The position numbers and the translations under genes were made by a program. From positions 1 through 64,000 of IMG/VR virus record IMGVR_UViG_3300030328_002692: a stretch of 64,000 nucleotides of DNA. One strand, given 5' to 3'. This DNA comes from a virus. Positions within the stretch are counted from its first letter, which is position 1. The number at the start of each line of letters is the position of its first letter. The notes under the pieces were generated by a model. The model saw nothing but the letters and a program-made list of their open reading frames with translations. It was not told the origin of the DNA and ran no database searches. Positions 15,448 through 23,250 of this stretch are shown here, piece after piece.

Positions 15448-15714
15448 ATGAAAAAAGATGAGTTCATACGAACTGTAAAAGATTGTGGCGACGCAATCAT
15501 CACATACAGAAGTACCAACTCTCGAAAACTAAAGTACAATGTTTGTACGCTAGATTTCGATAACAAATATATCCAAAGCAAGAAAAACAGGGCTAAAGAA
15601 AGTAATGATACAGTCCTGCTATTTTGCTGGGATACGGACTCTTATCGCCTATTGATGCCCAAGAATGTAACGAGCATTGTTCCCCTCAGTGCAATTCTGA
15701 GGAATAAAAGATGA
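15448..15714 (+). CDS. Conserved T5-like protein (SH3/WYL-like)
   Basis: VCTLDFDNKYI, LLFCWDTDSYR; synteny. Confidence 0.7.
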   Translation: MKKDEFIRTVKDCGDAIITYRSTNSRKLKYNVCTLDFDNKYIQSKKNRAKESNDTVLLFCWDTDSYRLLMPKNVTSIVPLSAILRNKR

Positions 15715-16013
15715 AGTTACATGAGGCGCCTGAGATTTATGAGAAAATCATCTCAGAAGCTGAAGATGGCACAGAACAGATAAGACTCACAATAAATACC
15801 TTTAGAGATATAGAATACCTACATCTCAGAAAGTACTATTTAGATTTTGATGGAGATTTCAAACCCTCCAAAGACGGTGTTGCAATGAAATTAGACTTTA
15901 ACAACTCAAAAGGTCTATTTGAAGGTTTAGTAGAAATACTTTCTCTAGCAGAAAGTAAAAATATCTTAGAAACTCACTTCAAAGATATTTTAGATGAAAT
16001 TTACCTAAACTGA
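15711..16013 (+). CDS. PC4/p15-like ssDNA-binding protein
   Basis: FRDIEYLHLRKYYLDFDGDFKPSKDG. Confidence 0.8.
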   Translation: MKLHEAPEIYEKIISEAEDGTEQIRLTINTFRDIEYLHLRKYYLDFDGDFKPSKDGVAMKLDFNNSKGLFEGLVEILSLAESKNILETHFKDILDEIYLN

Positions 16014-16022
16014 AAATATTTC

Positions 16023-16051
16023 TTGACATCGCAAGTTATTTTTGATATAAT
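16023..16051 (+). promoter_or_regulatory. Consensus sigma70 promoter
   Basis: TTGACA-17-TATAAT. Confidence 0.85.
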
Positions 16052-16057
16052 ATAAAA

Positions 16058-17020
16058 ATGGAAAATATAAAAGCAAGTTTAAAGCGAGCAGCAATCGCAT
16101 ACTATAATGGCGACCCTATCATGTCCGATTCAGAATTTGATAGGTTAGCAGAATTATGTAATTATGAAGATGTTGGCGCGTCTAGTAAAGATAATCGCTT
16201 CCCACATGCTTTTCAGATGTTTTCATTACAAAAGGTTTTTAGTAATGAAATAAATACTAAAGACCCATTCAATAGTTATAAAGATACTGTAATCGTTAGT
16301 CCTAAACTGGACGGCGCTGCAGTATCTTTACTCTATGTAAGAGGTAGACTACACCGAGCCTTGACAAGAGGAGATGGTAAAAAAGGATTAGATATAACCT
16401 GTCAGATGAGGACATTAGCTCCTGCAAACTTTGGGTTAGATTATGTCAACTTACCAGAATATTTCCAAGTGACAGGCGAAGTAGTTGCTCCAAAAACAAT
16501 CAAAAACGCAAGGAACTATGCAGCTGGTGCTCTTAACTTAAAGGACATTGAAGAATTTAAGCAAAGAGAATTACACTTTATTGCATATGGATTAACCCCT
16601 TATCAAAAACCCGAATGGTCATGTGACCTACGCGAGTTATCAAAATTGGGATTTGACACAGTTATGGATAGTAATTGGTCTGAGTACCCTGATGATGGCA
16701 TAGTGTTTAGAATTAACTCTAATAAAGAGTTTGAGAAAAGGGGTTATACTTCGCATCACCCAAGAGGAGCATACGCACTTAAACAGATACAAACAGGAGT
16801 AATCACCACTCTCCTTGATGTAGTATGGAATGTAGGTAAATCAGGAGTAGTTGCTCCAGTAGCAATGTTAGAACCTGTTGATATTGATGGTGCGACAGTA
16901 AGTAAGGCAACTTTACACAATGCTAAATACATAGAAGATATGTGCTTAGAGCTTGGTTGTAAAGTAGAAGTAATAAGAAGTGGTGAGATTATACCAAGAA
17001 TAGTTAGGAGAGTAGATTAA
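16058..17020 (+). CDS. ligA: NAD-dependent DNA ligase subunit A (adenylation and OB domains)
   Basis: YYNGDPIMSDSEFD, KLDG, TRGDG, NARNYAAG, ATLHN, SGEIIP. Confidence 0.92.
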   Translation: MENIKASLKRAAIAYYNGDPIMSDSEFDRLAELCNYEDVGASSKDNRFPHAFQMFSLQKVFSNEINTKDPFNSYKDTVIVSPKLDGAAVSLLYVRGRLHRALTRGDGKKGLDITCQMRTLAPANFGLDYVNLPEYFQVTGEVVAPKTIKNARNYAAGALNLKDIEEFKQRELHFIAYGLTPYQKPEWSCDLRELSKLGFDTVMDSNWSEYPDDGIVFRINSNKEFEKRGYTSHHPRGAYALKQIQTGVITTLLDVVWNVGKSGVVAPVAMLEPVDIDGATVSKATLHNAKYIEDMCLELGCKVEVIRSGEIIPRIVRRVD

Positions 17021-17599
17021 ATGGCAAATCATGTAAGTAATTATATAACATATGAAGGAAATGACGCTGTAACAAGGCAGTGGAATATGTTATTCGCAGA
17101 ATATGGAGAATTAGTAGAAAGACCAAGTTATCGTGGAGATGACACTATAGAAATGTGGGAACATGGAGAAATCCAAAAACACCCATTCCTAGAAGGTTAT
17201 GATGAAGATAATTGGTATCAATGGGGTTGCGACAATATCGGAGCCAAATGGGCTAACTTAGAAGATGCAGACGAAGGACATGCTTATATAGTAAGTGCTT
17301 GGTCACCAATAATTCCTTATATGGAATCTCTCTATGAACATCTATTAAAATTTGATGAAGAAGTAATACTTCGATGTCAATATGAAGATGAGTTCAGAAA
17401 CTTCATAGGAGTCTGGGAAAATGATGAGTTAGAGGAAATAGAAAGTGGCGAACTAGCAGAAATGTTCGAAACTAAATATGGCGTTGATATGGACGCTGAT
17501 GACTTTGATTGGTCTGATGAACATGAAGAAAGTGGTTGTATGTATGATGAGCTATATGATGGTATAGTATATAACTGGTTCGAAGATGCCCTACAGTAA
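17021..17599 (+). CDS. Acidic protein, DUF1281/YubB ferredoxin-like
   Basis: MANHVSN...WYQWGCDNIGAKW...SAWSP. Confidence 0.65.
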   Translation: MANHVSNYITYEGNDAVTRQWNMLFAEYGELVERPSYRGDDTIEMWEHGEIQKHPFLEGYDEDNWYQWGCDNIGAKWANLEDADEGHAYIVSAWSPIIPYMESLYEHLLKFDEEVILRCQYEDEFRNFIGVWENDELEEIESGELAEMFETKYGVDMDADDFDWSDEHEESGCMYDELYDGIVYNWFEDALQ

Positions 17600-17876
17600 A
17601 GAAGAACTAAAGAATAGTAATAGAATATTCAAATCGGCAACTCCGAAGTTTGATGTATCATGGTATATCAAATGGATTGCTAGTATATTTGTACTATGTG
17701 CTATGGCTATAAGAGGTATTGAAGGATTACAATTATATGACTTAATATTCTCTATGATAGGAGTATCAGGCTGGCTAGTAGTAAGTATTCTATGGAAAGA
17801 TAGAGCATTACTTGTGTTAAATGGAGTAGGCTTAGCATTTCTACTAAGAACTCTAGCAACTACATATTTAGCGTAA
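17586..17876 (+). CDS. Small three-TM membrane protein
   Basis: WYIKWIAS...GW...WKDRALLVLN. Confidence 0.75.
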   Translation: MPYSKEELKNSNRIFKSATPKFDVSWYIKWIASIFVLCAMAIRGIEGLQLYDLIFSMIGVSGWLVVSILWKDRALLVLNGVGLAFLLRTLATTYLA

Positions 17877-18058
17877 TGTTATTATATTTAGAAGAACAAT
17901 TAAAGAACGCATATTTAGTATATTGTGATAGCATACCTGAAGGATATGATGTCATGGACGTAGAAGATTTTAGAGAAACAGTTGAAAATGACGAAGAACT
18001 CTTTGAAATGCTATTAGCAGAACACGCTAAAAGAAAGGCAGAATTCCAAGTACACTAA
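17876..18058 (+). CDS. Hypothetical protein
   Basis: Coupled TAATG junctions. Confidence 0.65.
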   Translation: MLLYLEEQLKNAYLVYCDSIPEGYDVMDVEDFRETVENDEELFEMLLAEHAKRKAEFQVH

Positions 18059-18426
18059 TGAGCATAGGTAAGTATAATCAGACTTACTTCGACAATCACC
18101 CCGAAGAATGCGATAGGGACGGAGTTCTCTATGGGGTAGTTCTGGTCAATAAGAAAACATTTGAAAGAGAATGTATTAAGGTCGGAATTGCATCGGGCAA
18201 AGATTGGAGGCATATAATAAAGCGTAGTAGAGGGTTTAAGGGATATGATATTCGTATTCAAAAGACCTGGCACGCTCCATTATATATTGTATGGGCAACC
18301 GAACAAGACCTCCATGAAAAGTACCAACATGACAAACATGTTCCTATGTTCAAGTTTGGAGGTCATACTGAGTGTTTTAAAATTAATTCGCTCATTCTAC
18401 AGGACTTCCCGAAAAATAGTTCTTGA
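18058..18426 (+). CDS. GIY-YIG/T5orf172-like nuclease-fold protein
   Basis: GVLY...IKVGIA...EQDLH...FGGHTECF. Confidence 0.65.
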   Translation: MSIGKYNQTYFDNHPEECDRDGVLYGVVLVNKKTFERECIKVGIASGKDWRHIIKRSRGFKGYDIRIQKTWHAPLYIVWATEQDLHEKYQHDKHVPMFKFGGHTECFKINSLILQDFPKNSS

Positions 18427-18451
18427 CATGGCAACTGATTTTTGTTATAAT
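18423..18451 (+). promoter_or_regulatory. Consensus sigma70 promoter
   Basis: TTGACA-17-TATAAT. Confidence 0.85.
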
Positions 18452-18468
18452 ATATAAATAATAAAGAA

Positions 18469-19239
18469 ATGAGAGAAGAAATGAGAGAAATTATCCCGCC
18501 AACTAATTGCCCTTCATGTAATGAAGCATTAGTTTGGGAGAAAGACCAACTTTTCTGTCATAACACTAAATGTAGTGGAAAGACAAGTAAAAAGATTGAG
18601 CACTTTGCTTCTACTCTCAAAATTAAAGGTCTCGGACCTAAAACAGTAGAAAAACTTCAATTAATCGATTATTTTGATTTATATGAAATGCCTCTTGAAA
18701 CTATGATAGACGCACTACAATCCGAGAAGCTAGCCGTAAAGCTTTACCGAGAAATTAAAGCCAGTAAAAGTGTTGACCTAGTCGACTTAATACCAGCTTT
18801 CTCAATAAAGTTAATTGGTCGTTCCGCCTCAGCAAAGGTCTGTTCAGTAATTAAAAATATAAATGAACTTAATGAAGACAAATGCGAACAGGCAGGACTT
18901 GGCCCATCAGCTACGGACAATTTATTAGACTGGTATTACGAAGAATATACAAACGGACTAGATAGACTACCTTTTAGTTGGAAAACTACAGTACAACCAA
19001 AAGCACAAGTAGAACTCAAAGGAACTGTATGTATATCGGGTAAACTAAAAAGCTATAAAACAAAGGCGGCCGCAACCGAAGTATTAGAAAAAATGGGCTA
19101 CCTTGTAAAAAGCAGTTTGACCAAAGATGTAGATATCCTAGTCAACGAAAGCGGAATAGAATCCGCAAAAACACAAGCAGCCCGAGATAGGGGTGTTGAA
19201 ATAATAACAAACTTAAAAGAAATAATAAAAGGAAACTAA
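18469..19239 (+). CDS. ligB: NAD-dependent DNA ligase subunit B (Zn finger, HhH, BRCT)
   Basis: PTNCPSC...FC...C, IKGLGPK, BRCT motif VCISGKL. Confidence 0.9.
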   Translation: MREEMREIIPPTNCPSCNEALVWEKDQLFCHNTKCSGKTSKKIEHFASTLKIKGLGPKTVEKLQLIDYFDLYEMPLETMIDALQSEKLAVKLYREIKASKSVDLVDLIPAFSIKLIGRSASAKVCSVIKNINELNEDKCEQAGLGPSATDNLLDWYYEEYTNGLDRLPFSWKTTVQPKAQVELKGTVCISGKLKSYKTKAAATEVLEKMGYLVKSSLTKDVDILVNESGIESAKTQAARDRGVEIITNLKEIIKGN

Positions 19240-19240
19240 A

Positions 19241-19966
19241 ATGGCATTACCAAAATGGACAGACGAAAGAACACAACAACTAGTGGACTTCGTCGGTGAT
19301 AATTCCCCAATTTCTCAAGCTATGGTAGCTGACGCAGCTGAAGACTTAGAAACTTCAACTCGTTCAGTTTCTTCAAAGCTTAGAAAAATGGGTTATGATG
19401 TAGAACTTGCATCTTCAGTATCAAACAGAACTTTTTCTGAAGACCAAGAAGCTACATTACAAGCATTCGTTACTGACAACAGTGGTCAGTACACATACGC
19501 AGACATTGCATCTTCATTCGAAGGTGGAAACTTTTCTGCAAAATCAATACAGGGAAAAATTCTTTCTATGGAATTAACTTCTCATGTAAAACCAGCTGAG
19601 AAACCTGAATCGGTTAGAACTTACTCTCCCGAAGAAGAAAACACATTCACTACTATGGTGAACGATGGTGCATTTGTTGAAGAAATCGCAGACGCACTTG
19701 GAAAATCTGTTAATTCTATCAGAGGAAAGGCTCTTAGCTTACTTAGAAGTGGCGATATTAACGCTATACCTAAGCAAAAAGAAACTAAAGGTTCAAGCAA
19801 AGCTGATCCTTTAGCGGAAGTTAGTGATATCGAAAACATGAACGTTGAAGATATTGCTGATGAAATTGGCAAAACTGTAAGAGGTGTTAAAACAATGTTG
19901 ACCAGAAGAGGTCTAACTTGTGCTGATTACGATGGCGCTGCTAGAAAAGAGAAAGCATCTAGCTAA
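19241..19966 (+). CDS. D5: T5 D5-like DNA-binding/transcription regulator
   Basis: Tandem HTH repeats; KTVRGVKTMLTRRGL..ADYDG. Confidence 0.85.
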   Translation: MALPKWTDERTQQLVDFVGDNSPISQAMVADAAEDLETSTRSVSSKLRKMGYDVELASSVSNRTFSEDQEATLQAFVTDNSGQYTYADIASSFEGGNFSAKSIQGKILSMELTSHVKPAEKPESVRTYSPEEENTFTTMVNDGAFVEEIADALGKSVNSIRGKALSLLRSGDINAIPKQKETKGSSKADPLAEVSDIENMNVEDIADEIGKTVRGVKTMLTRRGLTCADYDGAARKEKASS

Positions 19967-19984
19967 ATCTTTTTTAATAAAAAC

Positions 19985-20008
19985 GAACAGGGGAATTATC
20001 CCCTGTTC
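19985..20008 (+). terminator. Hairpin after D5 (attenuator or processing site)
   Basis: gaacagggg-aattat-cccctgttc. Confidence 0.5.
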
Positions 20009-20031
20009 ACTTATATCTGGGAGGGTAGACA

Positions 20032-21387
20032 TTGAACTTAACTTCAGCTTTACTGAAGCAAATAATAACGCAGGAAGATTTCGAGTCTTGGGGCAACCTA
20101 AGGGAGAACTATTTATCTGCTGAATATCAATCGCTTTATAAAGTAATTGATAAACATATTAAAGATTTCAATGCTCTACCTACCTTTGAAGACCTTAAAC
20201 TATCCATTCGTGATAGAAAACTCCAAGAAAAAGTATATGCAGTAGAAGCCGTAGAGGTTGATGTTGATGCGTATGTACTATTAGAGTACTTAAAAAATGA
20301 ATATACGCAAGTAGAAATTCTAGATGAGTTAGATACTTTCATAGACAAGACTGTAGCTATATCTAATGCTGAAGAAAATGTAGAAGCATTACAAAATATC
20401 GTATTAGATATAGGTGACCGTGTTGATTTAAAACCACCCGAAGAAAGTATGCAAACTATACCATTATTTGATTCTGAAAAAGACTTGAAGAAATTCTTAC
20501 CACTAGGATTAAATGATGACTATGACCAAGGCATGAAGTTCTCGCCGAGAGACTTGGTATTAGTAGGTGGTCGTAGAGGTGCTGGTAAATCTTTAACTTG
20601 TGTAAATATTGCAAATAATGTTTATAATCAGGGAAGAAGTAGTATCTATTTTACGATAGAAATGGACAGTCGTTCCATTTTACAAAGAATGTGTGCACTT
20701 GGTGCACGAATACCTATATCCCGTTTAGCTACGCGTAACTTAACAACTGTTGAGTGGAATCGTGTGGGTGAATGGTGGGCAGGAAGATTTGAAGGTGGTC
20801 AAGAATTATTACCAGAGTTTTACGACAGTAAAGATTTTGACGCTTTCCACAAAAAATTACAAACACTACCTTTACATAAAGAAAGACAACTAGATGTAGT
20901 GTATGACCCAGTGCTTAGTCTAGCTAAAATAAGACAAGAGCTAGAGAGTAGAGTTTCGCAAAGAGAATATGGTGTTATTATAGTAGATTATCTAAACCAA
21001 GTTAAAAGAAGTAATGCACCTAGTCGTTCAGGACAATATGATTGGACAGAACAAATAGAAGTAAGTAAAACTCTAAAAAGTATGGCACAGGAATATGAAA
21101 TTCCTGTATTCTCTCCGTACCAGACAGACAACACAGGAGAGGCAAGATTTGCAAAGGGTATTTTAGATGCTGCAGATGCGGCATATACTATTGAAACATG
21201 GTCACCAGAAGACGAGTGTATCACATTCAATTGTACTAAAATGCGTAGTGCAAAAATGGAAGGATTTACAAGCGTCATGGATTGGGAAACATTAAAGATA
21301 GGCCCCCAATCCACAATGAATCCAAAGGATAGAGATGCGTTAAAAGATAGCTTATCTACAGGAGAAGATATACATGACTCAGTTTGA
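20032..21387 (+). CDS. D6: DnaB-like replicative helicase
   Basis: GGRRGAGKS Walker A, IEM, IIVDYLNQ; TTG start with GGAGG SD. Confidence 0.9.
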   Translation: MNLTSALLKQIITQEDFESWGNLRENYLSAEYQSLYKVIDKHIKDFNALPTFEDLKLSIRDRKLQEKVYAVEAVEVDVDAYVLLEYLKNEYTQVEILDELDTFIDKTVAISNAEENVEALQNIVLDIGDRVDLKPPEESMQTIPLFDSEKDLKKFLPLGLNDDYDQGMKFSPRDLVLVGGRRGAGKSLTCVNIANNVYNQGRSSIYFTIEMDSRSILQRMCALGARIPISRLATRNLTTVEWNRVGEWWAGRFEGGQELLPEFYDSKDFDAFHKKLQTLPLHKERQLDVVYDPVLSLAKIRQELESRVSQREYGVIIVDYLNQVKRSNAPSRSGQYDWTEQIEVSKTLKSMAQEYEIPVFSPYQTDNTGEARFAKGILDAADAAYTIETWSPEDECITFNCTKMRSAKMEGFTSVMDWETLKIGPQSTMNPKDRDALKDSLSTGEDIHDSV

Positions 21388-21652
21388 TGAAAGAGTACAA
21401 AAGCAACGAGATAGGCTCGCTGCTGAAGCTTGGGGTAACCAAGTAAAAGATTTACACGCTTTCGATTCTAATACAGTAAATGTTCCATATACTGATAGAA
21501 AAGACGGAAGTGTTATAGATATAAGATTTAATAACGGAACAATTAAAAGAACAATATCAGCAACAGATGAAGTTATTTGGTTTGGAAAGAAAGAAAAACC
21601 AAACTCTTTACTTCATAGTTTCTTTAGAGCAATGGCGGATTGGCGTGGCTAG
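21374..21652 (+). CDS. Hypothetical protein
   Basis: GGAG SD; overlaps the end of D6. Confidence 0.65.
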   Translation: MTQFDERVQKQRDRLAAEAWGNQVKDLHAFDSNTVNVPYTDRKDGSVIDIRFNNGTIKRTISATDEVIWFGKKEKPNSLLHSFFRAMADWRG

Positions 21653-22139
21653 TGATAGGATAGGCAAAACAGCCGCAGAATTAGTAGCAGTACCTCCTTT
21701 TGAAGTAAGGAAGGTAACTACAGACTTTATGTTAGAACAACCTCAAGTTGCAGAAAACATAATGAAAGTACCATTGAATGAAAAACTAATGAATAGTATC
21801 AGAGAAAATGGGATTGTCAATCCACATCTTTCTATGAAACAATGGTATCCACTAGCTGGTAGTCAAAGAATACGAGCAGTGGCAGAAATAAAGAAAGATT
21901 TTCCAGACTTTAACTTGGATATAACAGTCCATAGATTTTTAGAGGATTATCATAATTGTTTTTATCTTTGGCCTGATGAAGAATTTAGAAGTCAAGCTAT
22001 TGCTATTTGGTTTCAAATGCAAGAAGTAGTTTTTAAATCTCTTTATTATAAACATGAAAAAGATGAAGATGGAACTAAAATGACCGAATATGAAGATATC
22101 GGTGAAAAACTAAAATGGGAAAGAAATGAGAGTAGATGA
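21645..22139 (+). CDS. ParB/Srx-like protein
   Basis: LMNSIRENGIVNP...AGSQRIRA; probable GTG start 21645. Confidence 0.6.
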   Translation: MASDRIGKTAAELVAVPPFEVRKVTTDFMLEQPQVAENIMKVPLNEKLMNSIRENGIVNPHLSMKQWYPLAGSQRIRAVAEIKKDFPDFNLDITVHRFLEDYHNCFYLWPDEEFRSQAIAIWFQMQEVVFKSLYYKHEKDEDGTKMTEYEDIGEKLKWERNESR

Positions 22140-22962
22140 ATTACTACAAGAAAAGAGAATTGATTTCAAAGTCTCAGGACAAGACTTTGTAGTAAAGTGT
22201 CTCAACCCTGACCATGAGGATAGCAATCCAAGTATGCGTATTGATAGTATCACAGGTATATTTAACTGTTTTTCTTGTGGCTTTAAAGGTAATTTATTTA
22301 AACATTTTGGTGCAGCAGCAAACTTCTTAGAGATAAAAAGACAAAAGTTGAAAACCTCTATAGAAGAAAAACGCTCTGCAAGCGTAGGTTTTGAGTTCCC
22401 CAAAGGCTTTCAGCCTTATAAAGGCAACTGGAGGGGAATACAACCAGAAACATATAAGCATTTTGATGCTTTTATGCACCACGACTCGCAATTTAACGGA
22501 CGAATAGTCTTTCCGATTCGTGACATAACAGGGAAGGTGGTAGCTTTTAACGGTCGTCACATGACAATGACCGAGATACCTAAGTATCTAATATACCCTC
22601 CACAAGCTAAGCTACCACTGTACCCTTCTAATGCCAAACCAATTAAAGGCAAAGTAATATTAGTAGAGGGTATATTTGACATGATAAATTTATGGGACAA
22701 AGGATTACAAAATGTAATATGTTGTTTCGGAACAAAAAATATAGACATAGAAAAGCTATCAATACTAAAAATGCAAAATATTGCAGGAGTGGATATAATG
22801 TTTGATGGCGATACTGCAGGACAAGAAGCCGCAGAAGATTTAAAGATAATGGCAGAGAAAGTCGGACTAATACCTAGAAACATAAATCTAGGCTCTAATA
22901 TAGACCCAGGCGGACTTGCACAAGCAAAGGTTAGTAGTTTAAGAGATAGGTTATATGGTTAA
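22126..22962 (+). CDS. DNA primase
   Basis: CHC2 zinc finger (CLNPDHEDSNPS...CFSC); TOPRIM VEGIFD and FDGDTAG. Confidence 0.92.
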   Translation: MRVDELLQEKRIDFKVSGQDFVVKCLNPDHEDSNPSMRIDSITGIFNCFSCGFKGNLFKHFGAAANFLEIKRQKLKTSIEEKRSASVGFEFPKGFQPYKGNWRGIQPETYKHFDAFMHHDSQFNGRIVFPIRDITGKVVAFNGRHMTMTEIPKYLIYPPQAKLPLYPSNAKPIKGKVILVEGIFDMINLWDKGLQNVICCFGTKNIDIEKLSILKMQNIAGVDIMFDGDTAGQEAAEDLKIMAEKVGLIPRNINLGSNIDPGGLAQAKVSSLRDRLYG

Positions 22963-22975
22963 CCAAAAATATTAC

Positions 22976-23004
22976 TTGACACAGCGTTCAAAATTTGATA
23001 TAAT
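22976..23004 (+). promoter_or_regulatory. Consensus sigma70 promoter
   Basis: TTGACA-17-TATAAT. Confidence 0.85.
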
Positions 23005-23037
23005 ATATAAAATGAAAAAAGAAAGAAAAGGAAAACA

Positions 23038-23250
23038 ATGAAAAAATGGTATCACATATTATGGGGAAGTAAAGAGGAGGACGAGCTTGTACAAAAGCAA
23101 GTAGAGAAGTCGCCTGACCCCGCAGATTTAACAATAGAAAATGCTTACAAAACTAGATGGATTTGGTATCATACCATCTTGGCAGGACTTATGTTCTTTG
23201 CCAATATAATTCTGTTTGGCATTTTCATCTTATTAGCAGTAAAATTATGA
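23038..23250 (+). CDS. Small C-terminally anchored membrane protein
   Basis: AAGGA SD; hydrophobic C-terminus; ATGA overlap with pol. Confidence 0.7.
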   Translation: MKKWYHILWGSKEEDELVQKQVEKSPDPADLTIENAYKTRWIWYHTILAGLMFFANIILFGIFILLAVKL

